This document shows positions 24,201-37,470 of a stretch of DNA of 64,000 bases, in pieces. Positions within the stretch are counted from its first letter, which is position 1, and the number at the start of each line of letters is the position of its first letter. Position numbers and translations under genes: made by a program. The DNA is from Macrostomum hystrix (taxonomy: Eukaryota > Animalia > Platyhelminthes): the NCBI GenBank assembly GCA_950097015.1, contig CATNEN010000038.1:1550001-1614000 (forward strand). The letters are read 5' to 3'. The notes beneath the pieces are model-generated. The model was not told the DNA's origin, did not search any database, and saw nothing but the letters and a program-made list of their open reading frames with translations.

Positions 24201-27200
24201 TTGCGCTTGCTGCCAGACTTTGGCTTGCGCTCTGGAACCCATAATAATTAGCGATTCAAATAACTGAGATGGATGTGGGACAGAAGGAACACACTGAGGG
24301 AAGCGGGACAGAAGGAACACACTGAGGGAGTGGGACAGAAGGAACACACTGAGGGAAGCGGGACAGAAGGAACACACTGAGGGAGTGGGACAGAAGGAAC
24401 ACACTGAGGGGAGTGGGACAGAAGGAACACACTGAGGGAAGCGGGACAGAAGGAACACACTGAGGGAAGCGGGACAGAAGGAACACACTGAGGGAAGCGG
24501 GACAGAAGGAACACACTGAGGGAAGCGGGACAGAAGGAACACACTGAGGGAAGTGGGACAGAAGGAACACACTGAGGGAAGTGGGACAGAAGGAACACAC
24601 TGAGGGAGTGGGACAGAAGGAACACACTGAGGGGAGTGGGACAGAAGGAACACACTGAGGGGAGTGGGACAGAAGGAACACACTGAGGGAAGTGGGACAG
24701 AAGGAACACACTGAGGGAAGCGGGACAGAAGGAACACACTGAGGGAAGCGGGACAGAAGGAACACACTGAGGGAAGCGGGACAGAAGGAACACACTGAGG
24801 GAAGTGGGACAGAAGGAACACACTGAGGGAAGTGGGACAGAAGGAACACACTGAGGGAAGTGGGACAGAAGGAACACACTGAGGGAAGTGGGACAGAAGG
24901 AACACACTGAGATGGATGTGGGACAGAAGGAACACACTGAGGGAAGCGGGACAGAAGGAACACACTGAGGGAAGCGGGACAGAAGGAACACACTGAGGGA
25001 AGTGGGACAGAAGGAACACACTGAGGGAAGTCGGACAGAAGGAACACACTGAGGGAAGCGGGACAGAAGGAACACACTGAGGGAAGTGGGACAGAAGGAA
25101 CACACTGAGGGAAGTGGGACAGAAGGAACACACTGAGGGAAGCGGGACAGAAGGAACACACTGAGGGAAGTGGGACAGAAGGAACACACTGAGGGAAGTC
25201 GGACAGAAGGAACACACTGAGGGAAGCGGGACAGAAGGAACACACTGAGGGAAGTGGGACAGAAGGAACACACTGAGGGAAGTGGGACAGAAGGAACACA
25301 CTGAGGGAAGTGGGACAGAAGGAACACACTGAGGGAGTGGGACAGAAGGAACACACTGAGGGAAGTGGGACAGAAGGAACACACTGAGGGAGTGGGACAG
25401 AAGGAACACACTGAGGGAAGTGGGACAGAAGGAACACACTGAGGGAAGTGGGACAGAAGGAACACACTGAGGGAGTGGGACAGAAGGAACACACTGAGGG
25501 AAGTGGGACAGAAGGAACACACTGAGGGAAGTGGGACAGAAGGAACACACTGAGGGAAGCGGGACAGAAGGAACACACTGAGGGAGTGGGACAGAAGGAA
25601 CACACTGAGGGAAGCGGGACAGAAGGAACACACTGAGGGAGTGGGACAGAAGGAACACACTGAGGGAAGTCGGACAGAAGGAACACACTGAGGGAAGTGG
25701 GAAAGAAAGAACACACTGAGGGAAGTGGGACAGAAGGAACACACTGAGGGAAGTGGGACAGAAGGAACACACTGAGGGAAGTGGGAAAGAAAGAACACAC
25801 TGAGGGAAGTGGGACAGAAGGAACACACTGAGGGAAGCGGGACAGAAGGAACACACTGAGGGAAGCGGGACAGAAGGAACACACTGAGGGAAGTGGGACA
25901 GAAGGAACACACTGAGGGAAGTGGGACAGAAGGAACACACTGAGGGAAGTGGGACAGAAGGAACACACTGAGGGAAGTGGGACAGAAGGAACACACTGAG
26001 ATGGATGTGGGACAGAAGGAACACACTGAGGGAAGCGGGACAGAAGGAACACACTGAGGGAAGCGGGACAGAAGGAACACACTGAGGGAAGTGGGACAGA
26101 AGGAACACACTGAGGGAAGTCGGACAGAAGGAACACACTGAGGGAAGCGGGACAGAAGGAACACACTGAGGGAAGTGGGACAGAAGGAACACACTGAGGG
26201 AAGTGGGACAGAAGGAACACACTGAGGGAAGCGGGACAGAAGGAACACACTGAGGGAAGTGGGACAGAAGGAACACACTGAGGGAAGTCGGACAGAAGGA
26301 ACACACTGAGGGAAGCGGGACAGAAGGAACACACTGAGGGAAGTGGGACAGAAGGAACACACTGAGGGAAGTGGGACAGAAGGAACACACTGAGGGAAGT
26401 GGGACAGAAGGAACACACTGAGGGAGTGGGACAGAAGGAACACACTGAGGGAAGTGGGACAGAAGGAACACACTGAGGGAGTGGGACAGAAGGAACACAC
26501 TGAGGGAAGTGGGACAGAAGGAACACACTGAGGGAAGTGGGACAGAAGGAACACACTGAGGGAGTGGGACAGAAGGAACACACTGAGGGAAGTGGGACAG
26601 AAGGAACACACTGAGGGAAGTGGGACAGAAGGAACACACTGAGGGAAGCGGGACAGAAGGAACACACTGAGGGAGTGGGACAGAAGGAACACACTGAGGG
26701 AAGCGGGACAGAAGGAACACACTGAGGGAGTGGGACAGAAGGAACACACTGAGGGAAGTCGGACAGAAGGAACACACTGAGGGAAGTGGGAAAGAAAGAA
26801 CACACTGAGGGAAGTGGGACAGAAGGAACACACTGAGGGAAGTGGGACAGAAGGAACACACTGAGGGAAGTGGGAAAGAAAGAACACACTGAGGGAAGTG
26901 GGACAGAAGGAACACACTGAGGGAAGTGGGACAGAAGGAACACACTGAGGGAAGTGGGACAGAAGGAACACACTGAGGGAAGTGGGACAGAAGGAACACA
27001 CTGAGGGAAGTGGGACAGAAGGAACACACGCAGATGCAAAAATTGCATGTAATGTAATTTTAGGGGATTTTTTCGTCACTCACGGCCAACCTCCCCGTCG
27101 GAATTGTCCGAATCCTCATCAGAGGACGACGATGACGAAGAAGAAGACGAACTAGAAGAAGACGAACTCGAGCTGGAACTGCTGGCTGATTTGCGTCGCG

Positions 27201-28403
27201 ACTTCTTTTTAGACGACTTGTCGGTGTCGCCCTCAGCGTTGCCGTTGTCGCCAGCATCGCCAGACGCCGCAATCGGAGGGGCCACAGCAGCGACAGAGGC
27301 ACCCGCCGGCTTCGGCTTCACAGGCGGTCTGGGCCTCTCCGGCTTCTCAGTTTCGCCCTCTTCGGCGTCATCGCAATCGGCATCGTCGCCGACGCTCTCA
27401 GGCTGGGCGTCAAGCACTTCAAAGTCGTCTGTACAGCCGCCCTCAAGCAGGATAACCAGCGAGTCCATGAACCTCACCAGCTCCTTGGCCTGGTCTATGT
27501 GCACAACGCGGCCATCTAGCAGACCAATGGACAGCAGCTGGTTGAAGGCGCGCAGGCGCTTGTCAACATTTTCCCGACTGCGCTTGGCATTTTCCTCATA
27601 AAAGTCCGGATGATATTTCTCTTTGAACCACTCCTCGGTTTTGTGCGAGTCGAAGAACTCTGCCAACTGGCGCCTGACGAAATCTTCTTTGTAGGTGCGG
27701 TACCTGGCAAATAAAATGCGCAACTTATCATTGATGAGTAACGAAAACAAAACCAATAATTTGTCGTAAGGAAAAAAACTGACCTAGTCAACGCCTCCTG
27801 CTCCGTGATGCCATCGTCCTGCTCTAACAGGAACTGCTTAAAAGTCTTTAAAACATTGGCAGGATTGGCAGGGGCGCCAGAAGCTGACGCAGGACCGTGA
27901 TGCGGTTGCATAAGCGGCTGCATTGGGCCCGCCTGTTGCATCATCGACTGCTGCGGACCGCCACCGGACGGGCCCATGGGACCAGAGCCGCCGTGCGGCT
28001 GCATCAACGGTGGAGGCGGCTGACCGTCACGTTGATAGTTGTAGCGACCGCCGCCACCACCGCCAGCTGGGCCACGGCCACCGCCCCCCCAGCCGCCGTC
28101 ATCGACTCCGCCAGAATGCGGCGGTCCTTCGTCGCCGCGTCGCTGGCGCTTGAATGGCGGCGCGCCGCCACCACCGCCGCCGCCCCCGCCTTCGTAGCCG
28201 CTTCGCTCATTATAATAATAATCCGGGCGCGAGGAATGATGATACTGTCGCCTTGGTCCACCGCCGTAGCCCCCGCCTCCTGGCGGCGAAGATCTGTCAG
28301 ACTGTTGACGCGATCTGCTGCCGCCGCCTTCGAAGTCGCGTCGCTCCTGTTTGAACTTGTCACGCCCCTTGCGCCTGTCGTAATCGTCGTCCGAGTCGCC
28401 CAT
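21235..28403 (-). CDS. SRRT: Serrate RNA effector molecule homolog / Arsenite-resistance protein 2 (exons 28403-27784, 27703-27084, 24231-23634, 23323-22971, 22345-21951, 21804-21235; ~1051 aa)
   Basis: Recognisable ARS2 motifs: [47 protein letters not shown]...FFRRGWITF (RRM), [17 protein letters not shown]...[33 protein letters not shown], and C-terminal INYNDLDA. All introns are GT-AG, phases are consistent, total 3156 nt. Confidence 0.96.
22461..22920 (-). repeat. 25-bp minisatellite in ARS2 intron 4 (sense unit TTCACTCCAGTCATTGGGTAAGTCA), ~18 copies
   Basis: Direct reading. Confidence 0.96.
23405..23610 (-). mobile_element. SINE family 1 copy in ARS2 intron 3
   Basis: CAGTCCATGGACT...GACGCCACA...AACAGCTGGGT...GTGTCTTGCTAAAGGAC is the reverse complement of the family-1 body. 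Confidence 0.7.
24262..27029 (-). repeat. 28-bp (27-bp variant) minisatellite, ~100 copies, filling ARS2 intron 2
   Basis: Plus-strand unit GGGACAGAAGGAACACACTGAGGGAAG(T/C); contains a ~1.09-kb higher-order duplication. Confidence 0.97.
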
Positions 28404-31400
28404 GATGCCTCAGATTAGCTGACGCCGCGGAGTTTTCGACTGGTCTGAAATGTTTGGTGCAAAGGTTGCGACCGGCTGGTTTGTTAGTAGGAAATTTGAA
28501 CGTCTTTTTGCGCGTCTAGTCTCTTTCGCTTACTAAATCTAATAACTAGTATGTCTGAAAAAAGCCTTATAAAGACTTGCACAATCCTGGTTAAGTTTAA
28601 TTGATTTTGTTTAATTAAATTTAAGACTTTGATAATCATTCTGGTTATTACCGTACTAAACTATAACCTAATATAATAATAAAATATAAAACTTCTAAAA
28701 TAAAGATTTTTTGGTATACTCAATTACTGTAAAATAGACTGTCAGACAAATTTTCAAATATTTTTGCTATTATTAAAAACTTATTTAAGAAAACATAAAT
28801 AAATGTTTCAGGTAAACAAATTACATAATACATTGATTAATTACTAGTTTATTTCGTTTATAAATTACTAGCTAAAGCTTTAAAATCTAATAGAAGCCAT
28901 AAGTACACTAATATTTTTATTCAGCTATAGCAAATCTGTCAAATAAAAAAGTTACAATTTGAATAAATAATGTTACCTTATAATGCAAATTAAGTGCTGA
29001 CTTTAAAGATATCATACAAAGTACAATTTAATGCAGTTTTATATAAGGTTGACTATAAATATCAGGCTCAGATAATTATCAGTCTAGTTGTGTAGGCAAG
29101 TGTTTTTTATTTCTATGCATTCAAATACCAGTATGCTATTTTAGCAAAATTTTAGCATTTTATAGTATTGACAGACAGTGCAGAGTGTATATATCAATCA
29201 ACATAATTATTTTTTAATCTTGTCAGTACATATTAAAACAACTCTTTATAATATACTTTACATAATGAACTTTGAACAAATAAATACCATTATATCTGTG
29301 TAAAGTAAACAAACGAGAACACTATTGATATATATATATATATAACCTAGTGATATAGATGTTAATTGAAACAAAAAAAACAAAAGAAACATAAATGCTA
29401 TAGAAAAAATCAATCACATCGAGTGTTTAGCTAGGGGTCAAATGTTAATTATTTCAAATCTAATTGAACATTCCTATCCTAACAACTGTAAAATTATTTA
29501 GCAGTTGTTAAAAAAGAACTCCTAAATTAAGTTGAATACTAATACAATGTAACACTGAATTAAATCAGTACAATAGCCACAAATCAATAACTAATACTAT
29601 ACAAAAAAGAAGTAATGCATACATACATCATGATTCACTTCACATTGTCATTTTACAAACAAAAAACGCAATATACACATAAGGAAATTATTACTTACAT
29701 CACCATGTCTGTGGAATCCAAATGTTCAAGGCTATTCTATCACTATTCAGGAAAAATAGAAAGCAAATTTCTGAATAGCATTACTCAATTTTTTTGGACT
29801 TTGCAAATTATTTCCACGAAAGTGATAAAGCTGAGATTTAATTTTTTAAACAACCGACATAAAAACGTTATTATAACCAAAATATATGACAGATAAAACA
29901 GTCATTTAGCTTTTAATCAGCTTTGGAAGTATTGATGGAACTGAAAAATTTATATATATCTAGCACTACAATGTAGATCTGGCAAATTTTTTTAACCAAA
30001 CTTGCTTTGCTTGCACATGAACTGTTTTTAAAACAAGGTTTCAGGCTGACAGATACAACCTTTAGTTTGAAGTTATAAATAAATGCTGCTTGTAACAAAA
30101 GATTTAGAAGATTTTTCTACAAAATCAGATCGATGCTTTTTATTACCAGACAAATATCCACACATTTCCTGAAACAAATTTATAGTTATGTTTAAAAATA
30201 TTCGTAGATTTTGTCTTCACTTACATGAGTGACAGAAACTTTCCAATTGATTAAGGTATTGATTTAGGAGGCAAATGCAGATCTTCCTCTTGCAATAGCT
30301 GAAAAGGAAATATTCAGTTTCAAGAAATGCAATTTACCAGGCAGCTTTGACATAAATAAAACCAAATTAAATCATGCATCAAAGGAGTATTGATACTCAC
30401 AAAACTAGTTTCTTATTTCAATGAAATGGCTTACAGTCCATTATTAATAAAAATTTTGTACATATCTTTTCAGTATGCTTTGTTACAATAACTTACTAAT
30501 TAGACCAGGAGTAAATTCAAATTCTAAAAAAATGAGTAGCAAATCTTTAAAGCAAACAGTAGTATTGATTTACATTTGAATTATTTGACAGTTTCATACA
30601 ACCCAAAGCTGTATAAGCTTTACAAAAAGCTGTCTATTTCTTAATAAAACTATAATAAATAGACAATAGACAAACAGTTTCTATGGTCTAAACTAAAAAT
30701 GGTGGACTGCTAGAGCAAATAACATGTTAACATAACAATGCTTATAATGTAATCTGCCTTGTGTTATAAATATATAGTATGTCATTGCGTCATTCTACAA
30801 CTAGGGCCTATGTTTATTAGGAAAGTAAAACAAGTATTATTGTTTATATAGGCAGGCATTTAGCAAATATATTGCTAGCTCATACATTTTTGACAATCTG
30901 ACCTTTAATCATAAATCCACATAATACTAGCTAGATTTTCTAATGAAATGTCTGGGACATATATATGCTGCTACATAAACTACATTTACAGCTAGCTAGC
31001 TAGGCCTATCTTAGCTAGCCTAGCTTAAATTTTTATTTTAATTAATTAAAATCTTATTTTTTATTTCTCTAATTATTTTTCTAAAATGTATACATTTTTT
31101 AAACATTTCTGATATAGTCTAAAATTACACTTACACTGTGTTCAGGTGAATAAAACTTGTTTGCTAGTTTACAATGTTATTATTAACTTTAGCTAAAAGT
31201 ACTTAGCTAGGTTTTACTGGTAGAGGTAGGGCCTATTACAACTAATAATGAATTTTGATTGCTATCTTTTAAAAAATTCTGGTTGTTTTGGTCATAAACT
31301 ATTTTGGCCATCAAATAACCATTTTTACTCAAAACCATTTTGCACTATTATAATTTTTATACAAGTTCAATAACATGTGCCTCGGAACAATAAAATTTTG

Positions 31401-31432
31401 GTTCTAAAGAGCACTATACCAAGCTAACAACA

Positions 31433-31734
31433 CATACATGCGCAACACCCAGCCGACCTGGCCAAACCAGCCGGGTGAAACAAGGGCCAAGCAAGGTAAG
31501 TCACAAAAACCAATTGACTAAGCGCAAAAAAATCAAAGGGGGGACCAAGGGACAAAAAAGGAAGGCGTGAAGAAAAGGAAAAAGGGGAGAGAAATAGAGA
31601 GCAAATGAGAGCAAAATAAGTCATAAATAGAGCAATGAAACGAACTAAGTTGCAAATGAGAGCAAACTAAGTCATAAAAAGAGCAAAAACTAAGTCGCAC
31701 GGCTGGCTAAGATTTGAGAGGTTGCGCATGTATG
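31433..31734. mobile_element. hAT-type MITE (302 bp)
   Basis: Perfect TIR CATACATGCGCAAC / GTTGCGCATGTATG. 8-bp TSD TAACAACA at 31425-31432 and 31735-31742. Internal AGAGCAAA..TAAGTC repeats. Confidence 0.85.
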
Positions 31735-31791
31735 TAACAACAACAGCTTTGGCCTATCAGAACCCTATAAAAAAACTAAACTGCTATACCA

Positions 31792-33265
31792 GGGTAGTTC
31801 TCAAAACTTGGGTTAGAGTTTATGAAGCAAAAGTAAAGTGCAAGATTTATTTTAAATACTCTGTAAAGTTTTATGATACTAATGTATATGCCTTAAAAGG
31901 CAATTTAAAGCACATAAAAACGTCCTGGGGATTTGTTATGGTGAATTTTGATCACTCGTTTAAGACACCGGAGAAAAAGCAATTTTTCGAAACAATGGAC
32001 GCTATATTAGACAACTAAGTATAGATCCAATCTTAAACTGTTAAACTTAAAATTACAAAATGTCACCGATAAATATTTCGCATCTGTCTAGCTAAATTAC
32101 AAGGCAGTCGAAGCATAAAACTTACATAAATTTTAGGCGTGATGTGTTACAATGCACGACTACCACAATAACAAAGTTGTATAGAAATCAGATGTTGTTA
32201 TGTTGAATGTGAAATTAAAACATCATAATGTGGCTTATGATACAAAAGGGAAAGTTTGAATAAATATTTTTTCGAGGGTCGTTCCCTGTATATGTATCTG
32301 TATCAGTATCTGAATGTGTATCATGTAAATATTTACAAATGTATTGGAATAGTAATATAAAATAAATACAAATCTAAAAACACAATTACAATTTGTGTCT
32401 TTAAACAACTAAGCAGAGAAATGCATAAAACAGCTAAAATATGTTCCTTAACTGCTTCTTTTTTAGTAACAAGCTTTTAAATGTGTGAATGGAATTATTT
32501 TTATGGGTCTTCCAGAAAAAAATGTTACTAAATTTACTGTTTTAATTCATTTCTACATAAAAACTAAGAAAAGACGACAGAAAAATCGTTTATTTTAGAG
32601 CTGTATATGTGGAAATTATTTATTTTAATTCTCATGACGATATTGCACACTGTCGCAGAGAAATGACACTCTTCCAGGAGTCACTTTGTAGTGCCAAAGA
32701 GTAAGACATTTCTATATTCTTTAGAAATACCATTCCTCAGTACGAAGACAATATTGTATGAAGCTAAATTGGAAAAAAGCAAATAAAAATTTGCATTTTA
32801 GCTGGTTTTGTACTATAAATAACTACAAAATAAATTACTTCTCCAAGGCCTAAAGTTATTGATAGAGCGAAGTCTGCAAACGGTGTGAAAAATATGATCC
32901 AACTTTACAAGTTATTAATTAGTTATGTGCCCCTTAACAGAAGAAAATTATAAGGCAAATGAACTTTTTATTGTTTTAAACCTTGAAAGCAACTTAATAC
33001 GCACTAAACTATTTAGTACCTGTAGGTTTCTTACAGAATCTATTAAGTTACTCAACGGTAACATTTTTAATTTTAATTAATCTTCAATGAATTATTGCGC
33101 AATCAATGGCTGCTAAGCAACAATAAATAAATATATGGTGTCTTTTGTCTTATTTGATTTTCTTGTATTGATATTCGGGCCTTTAATGCTCTTTTGTTTA
33201 TTATTTGGAAAATTTAGTGACGTTTTTTTGTTTTGATGCATCAACCGAAATTTTGAGAACTACCC
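31792..33265. mobile_element. Non-autonomous TIR element, Sola2-like (1.47 kb)
   Basis: TIR GGGTAGTTCTCAAAA (15 bp perfect, 23 bp with 2 mismatches) and 4-bp TSD ACCA. GRG termini with a 4-bp TSD fit Sola2; no ORF. Confidence 0.7.
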
Positions 33266-35300
33266 ACCATACTATACTAAGCCATGTTGCCCAATTGGGC
33301 ATTTCACCAATTAATAGTTAAAAAACATGCCAGTCATATGTCCTCAAAATGTTTTTATAGGGCCCTTTTGGCTATGCATCACATGCTCTAATTTGAATAG
33401 GGGGCCTATTTTTATAAACATTGTCCTATTATTCTTTTATAAGCGGGCTGAATCAGTTCAAGGCCAAAATGGTTAGGCCTATGGTCAAAAATGATTATAA
33501 TTAAAATAAGTGGCCAATGTGTTAGAACAGTTAAAAGTAAAAATAGCAGCAAGCAATGAAATTGTACATTTAAAGGCCTACTTGCAAATTATACATCTTG
33601 ACTTGTACCTCTATAAGGAATGGTATAATCAGTATTAAAATGCCTGGGCTAGCTAGGGCTAGGCTTAGGCCTCTGTGGCTATACTATTATACCCTACTAC
33701 TAGACCTACAAGTAGCTTAGGGTAGGATTGTAGTCTGAAAGCTTTAGTCTACGGCCTTAAGCTATGCCTTCTATTTCATAAACTTAAAATAAGCTTATTC
33801 TTGAAACTCTACATCGAAACAAGTCCTTAATTGTAATTCTTATATATTTACTAATATAGAGATAGATAGCATTGTAATGGCAAGAAGTCTCGACAAACCG
33901 GGACAAAGAAAACATGCGGACGTAAAATCATAAAGCTTGGCGCCAGTCCAACTTTGTGGAAAATGATCCAGTTTTTTTTATGACCAAATGTAGCAAATTG
34001 TAAAGCGTAAGCTACGAAACAACTAGTTTGCAAGAAGTCTGCTTTGCTAATAGTATTCTATGTTGATTTGGATAATTTAAAAAATAGGTGTTAAAATGCA
34101 TAAACAATTAGGGCAATTTAGATTGATAGACTGTAACGTTACTGCTTAAATAAAAATTCTCGATTAGTCGAATTTAAACGTACTGGTATTTTTTGTTCAG
34201 GGACGAAATTATGTAAGAACTATAACAAAACCTTTTCTTATTATTGTAAGCGAAGCTACAAAATCAAAAACTTAGACTAATAAATTTAAATAAAATTTTA
34301 ATTGGTGCAGTAAATGTATAAACCTTTTGACCTCTTATTAACTTACCATATAAGTTTTAATTCTCATATAAATAGATTTTCCGAAAGAAGCTCAGTTCGA
34401 AAATGGTCAAGGAACCCTAAAATCGAAAAACAACTCTTTCATCCGCTAGAAGCTAGAGCTAGAGCTAGATCCGCTAGAGCAAGAAGTCCACTACCGCATT
34501 AAGCATTATTTTAAGGCATTGATCTACTGAAAAATTAAACACAAGAAACCACCAACAATTTTCCTAGCGCTTTCGGGAAGTCTGGAACTAATTAATTCAT
34601 AGCTCCTTAGAAACCAATGATAAAAAACTAAAAAAGAGTTCATAACAAAGAAAATTATTTATTATTATCATTATCATTATCATGATCAATATTTCTATTT
34701 TTTTTCTATTTCTTATGTGCGCACTCAAAAGAGGTGATGATTTTTTGTATATTTAATTTTTAATCGAAACTGCGAGTAACAACGAATCGAAATGTGTTTT
34801 CTGACCGTGCTATAAGCACAAATAACTTAGACTGCTCTCTTGACCGGACGCTAGAACTTTGTTGGCGGCTTTTTCCCTTGTTCCTAACTTTGGGAAGCGC
34901 ACCGATATATTTCTGTGCCCACAGCCCCCCAGCAAGTTCTGGCCCTTAGGCTTCGGTCGCGAGTACATGGGCGGTGGGGAGGTAGACTAGAGGCTATAGG
35001 GACCTGATCAGTGGGTCCGGTCCCGAAAAGGGTAACTCAGTTTAGCTCGTAGAGAAAGTGCACTCACACCATGTTCGCACAGTGCAGAGTCGTACAACAA
35101 CCTCGTAATACCTTCCGGCTTTCCCTAAAAAGTCCAAATTAGTCAGTCCATGCACAACCCATCAATAGGTCACTAATTTTGCGAACCGGTTGGGCGGCAC
35201 AGTTGGACGGCTGCTCCTTCTCACAGCCGGTTCTGCTTGGTCGTCGGCGGGGCTGGGTGCGCGTCACCGGTCGGATCGCGTTCCGCGGCTTGCGTGGCCG

Positions 35301-37470
35301 TCACTCCGCTGAGTGACATCGGGACAAGAAGTCTGGCACGATGTTGCTCTTCCCAGCAATGTACTTGACATTAAAGTCGTTGGCCAGCCAGTCTGTCAGC
35401 CCAGCGGTGGAGTCGCAGCGGTCGGTGTCCGGTGCCTGAGGCGCTGAGCAGTGTGAGTTGTGAGAACTCGGTGGTCGGTCTGCAGCTCGAACTTCCTGCG
35501 CAAGAGAAAGTAGTTCCACTGCTCGCACGCAACGATGCAAGCCAGGGCCTCTCGCTCAGATGCCGAATACTTTCGCTCGGCTGCATTCAACGTTCTTGAG
35601 GCGAAAGGGACTGGATGGTACTGGCCCTGTTCGTCTTCCTGGCGAGAACTGTGCCGATAGCTGTTGCGCGGAGCTGTCACAGCCTACGATCGTCCGATGC
35701 TCGGCATCGAAGAACTTCAAGCACGGCGGTGACATGATCCTCGTCTTCAGCGTCTCGAAGTCTCATTGCTGGTCCGAATTCCATTGCCAAGGTGCGTCCT
35801 TGCGCAGCAGCTGCTGACGCAGCGCCACTATCGACAGATTGCCTAGGAAGTGGCCATAAAACTTCACCATGCCCAGTAAGGACGCAACCTCATCTGACTC
35901 GTTGGGATTTGGATGTTGTTAATTGGCCTCCACGATCGATCCCAGCGGCCGGAGTCCCTCGCTATTGATCATACCGAAGCAGACTCGTGTGTACCTGTAG
36001 AGTCCATCATCAGTAATGAACGTCGTCAGATTGCGTGAGTCTTCGGCGAGCTCCAGCTGTAGGTATGATTAGTTCAGGTCCGACTTTCGAGCCGGAGAAC
36101 TCGGCTGACAGCTGCTCGAATGTCGGCAGTGGGTGCTTGTCAGGCACCTTTGCCTTACGCCCTCTGACAGCAGCCTCTGGATCTCCGCCTTAACGGGCTC
36201 CTTTGGACTCAGTGGCACCTTCCGCAATGGCTGGGCGACTGTTGGAACTGGAGTATTCACTTTAGGTTTGTGGTCGAATCCTTTTGAGTTTGCCGAGGCC
36301 TTTGCCGAGATCGCCAAATTTTCCGGGCAGCCAGCTGGGTACGCCATCTGAGGCCACCTTGCGAACTGTCTCGCCTTTTTGACTGACCAGCCTGAGCTGC
36401 AGCTTGGCCATGAGATCCGTTCCCATGATGTCGAATCCCTCTTTAACAACCACGATGGCAGCGTCTGGCATATGAAAGTTTCTGTACTCTACGGGTACAT
36501 GCATCTCGCAGAGAACTGGAATGCAGCCACCATTGAATACTGTCAGCCGCTTCGACAATGGCATTAGCTTGACTTCGTTGAAGTGCCGCTTGTAGGACGC
36601 CTGAGACACAATGGTGACTTTGGAACCTGTGTCCATCAGCAGCTTTAGGGGCTTGCCTCCCAGCCTAACGTGGCAGTAGGTCGCGAGGCTATCAGCGTAC
36701 TGGGCACAGTCACCTCCTGACCTGCAGACTCGCTCGAAGTGGTTTAGCTTACCGCAGCCAGGCATCTTTTGTCCTTTGGCTGGACACTTGGACAGCTTGT
36801 CCGCACTTCCTGCACTCGGTTGAGTGACTAGGCCGCTGCTTCGGCTTAGCGTAGCTCTTGGAAGTCGGTTTTGGCTGATGCTTTACTTGACCAACTCCAA
36901 TCGAGTTTTCAGGCGTTTGCGCGTTGCGCAGTGTGAGCTGGCTTCTCGATCTCATACCAGTCTCCAGCTGCCGTGCCAACTGCACCGCGGTGTTCAGCGT
37001 CAGCTTGTCGTCAATGAGCAGCCTCTCTCTGATTTTGTCGCTGTGCAGCTTCTTGACTAACTGGTCTGTCAGCATCTCGTCCTTGAATGCACCAAAGTTG
37101 CACCTTGTCGACAGAGCCTGCAGAGCAGCCACATAGTCAGCAATATCGACTCTCCGGGTCGCTGTGCTCGCTGAAAAAAACGGTATCGCTCAGCGACAAT
37201 GTTGACGCGGGTGCCGAAGTGCGTTTTGAGCAGCTCCTCCGTCAGCCAGTGTTTGTGGAGGAGAGCTTTGCGGGACCGGATAAATGCGCTGACCTTCCGT
37301 GCCCAAGCTATGTACCACCAGAGACTGTTGACGCTTGTCCGACAGTTGGTTCATGCCAGAGGCTAGCATGTATAGTTATCGAACATCGCCTTCCAGTCCT
37401 CCCATCCTAAATTCGGAGCTCCCGGTTTTGGAAGGAACGCTACAGGCAGCGCAATACTGACTTTTAGCTC
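35301..37470 (-). pseudogene. Frameshifted gag-pol of the Gypsy element (gag, Zn knuckle, protease, partial RT, RNase H; integrase absent)
   Basis: FLPKPGAPNLGWEDWKAMFDNY (gag); CGKLNHFERVC (knuckle); LLMDTGS (protease); LELAEDSRNLTTFIT (RT); FASRTLNAAERKYSASEREALA...LQTDHR and KYIAGKSNIVPDFLSR (RNase H). Split over many frames. Confidence 0.9.

Noticed and set aside
24138-27079. Three ~950-aa minus-strand ORFs
   Set aside because: Translations of the 28-bp array inside a phase-consistent ARS2 intron.
21427-28418. Plus-strand ORFs antisense to ARS2 exons
   Set aside because: Shadow ORFs of GC-rich coding exons.
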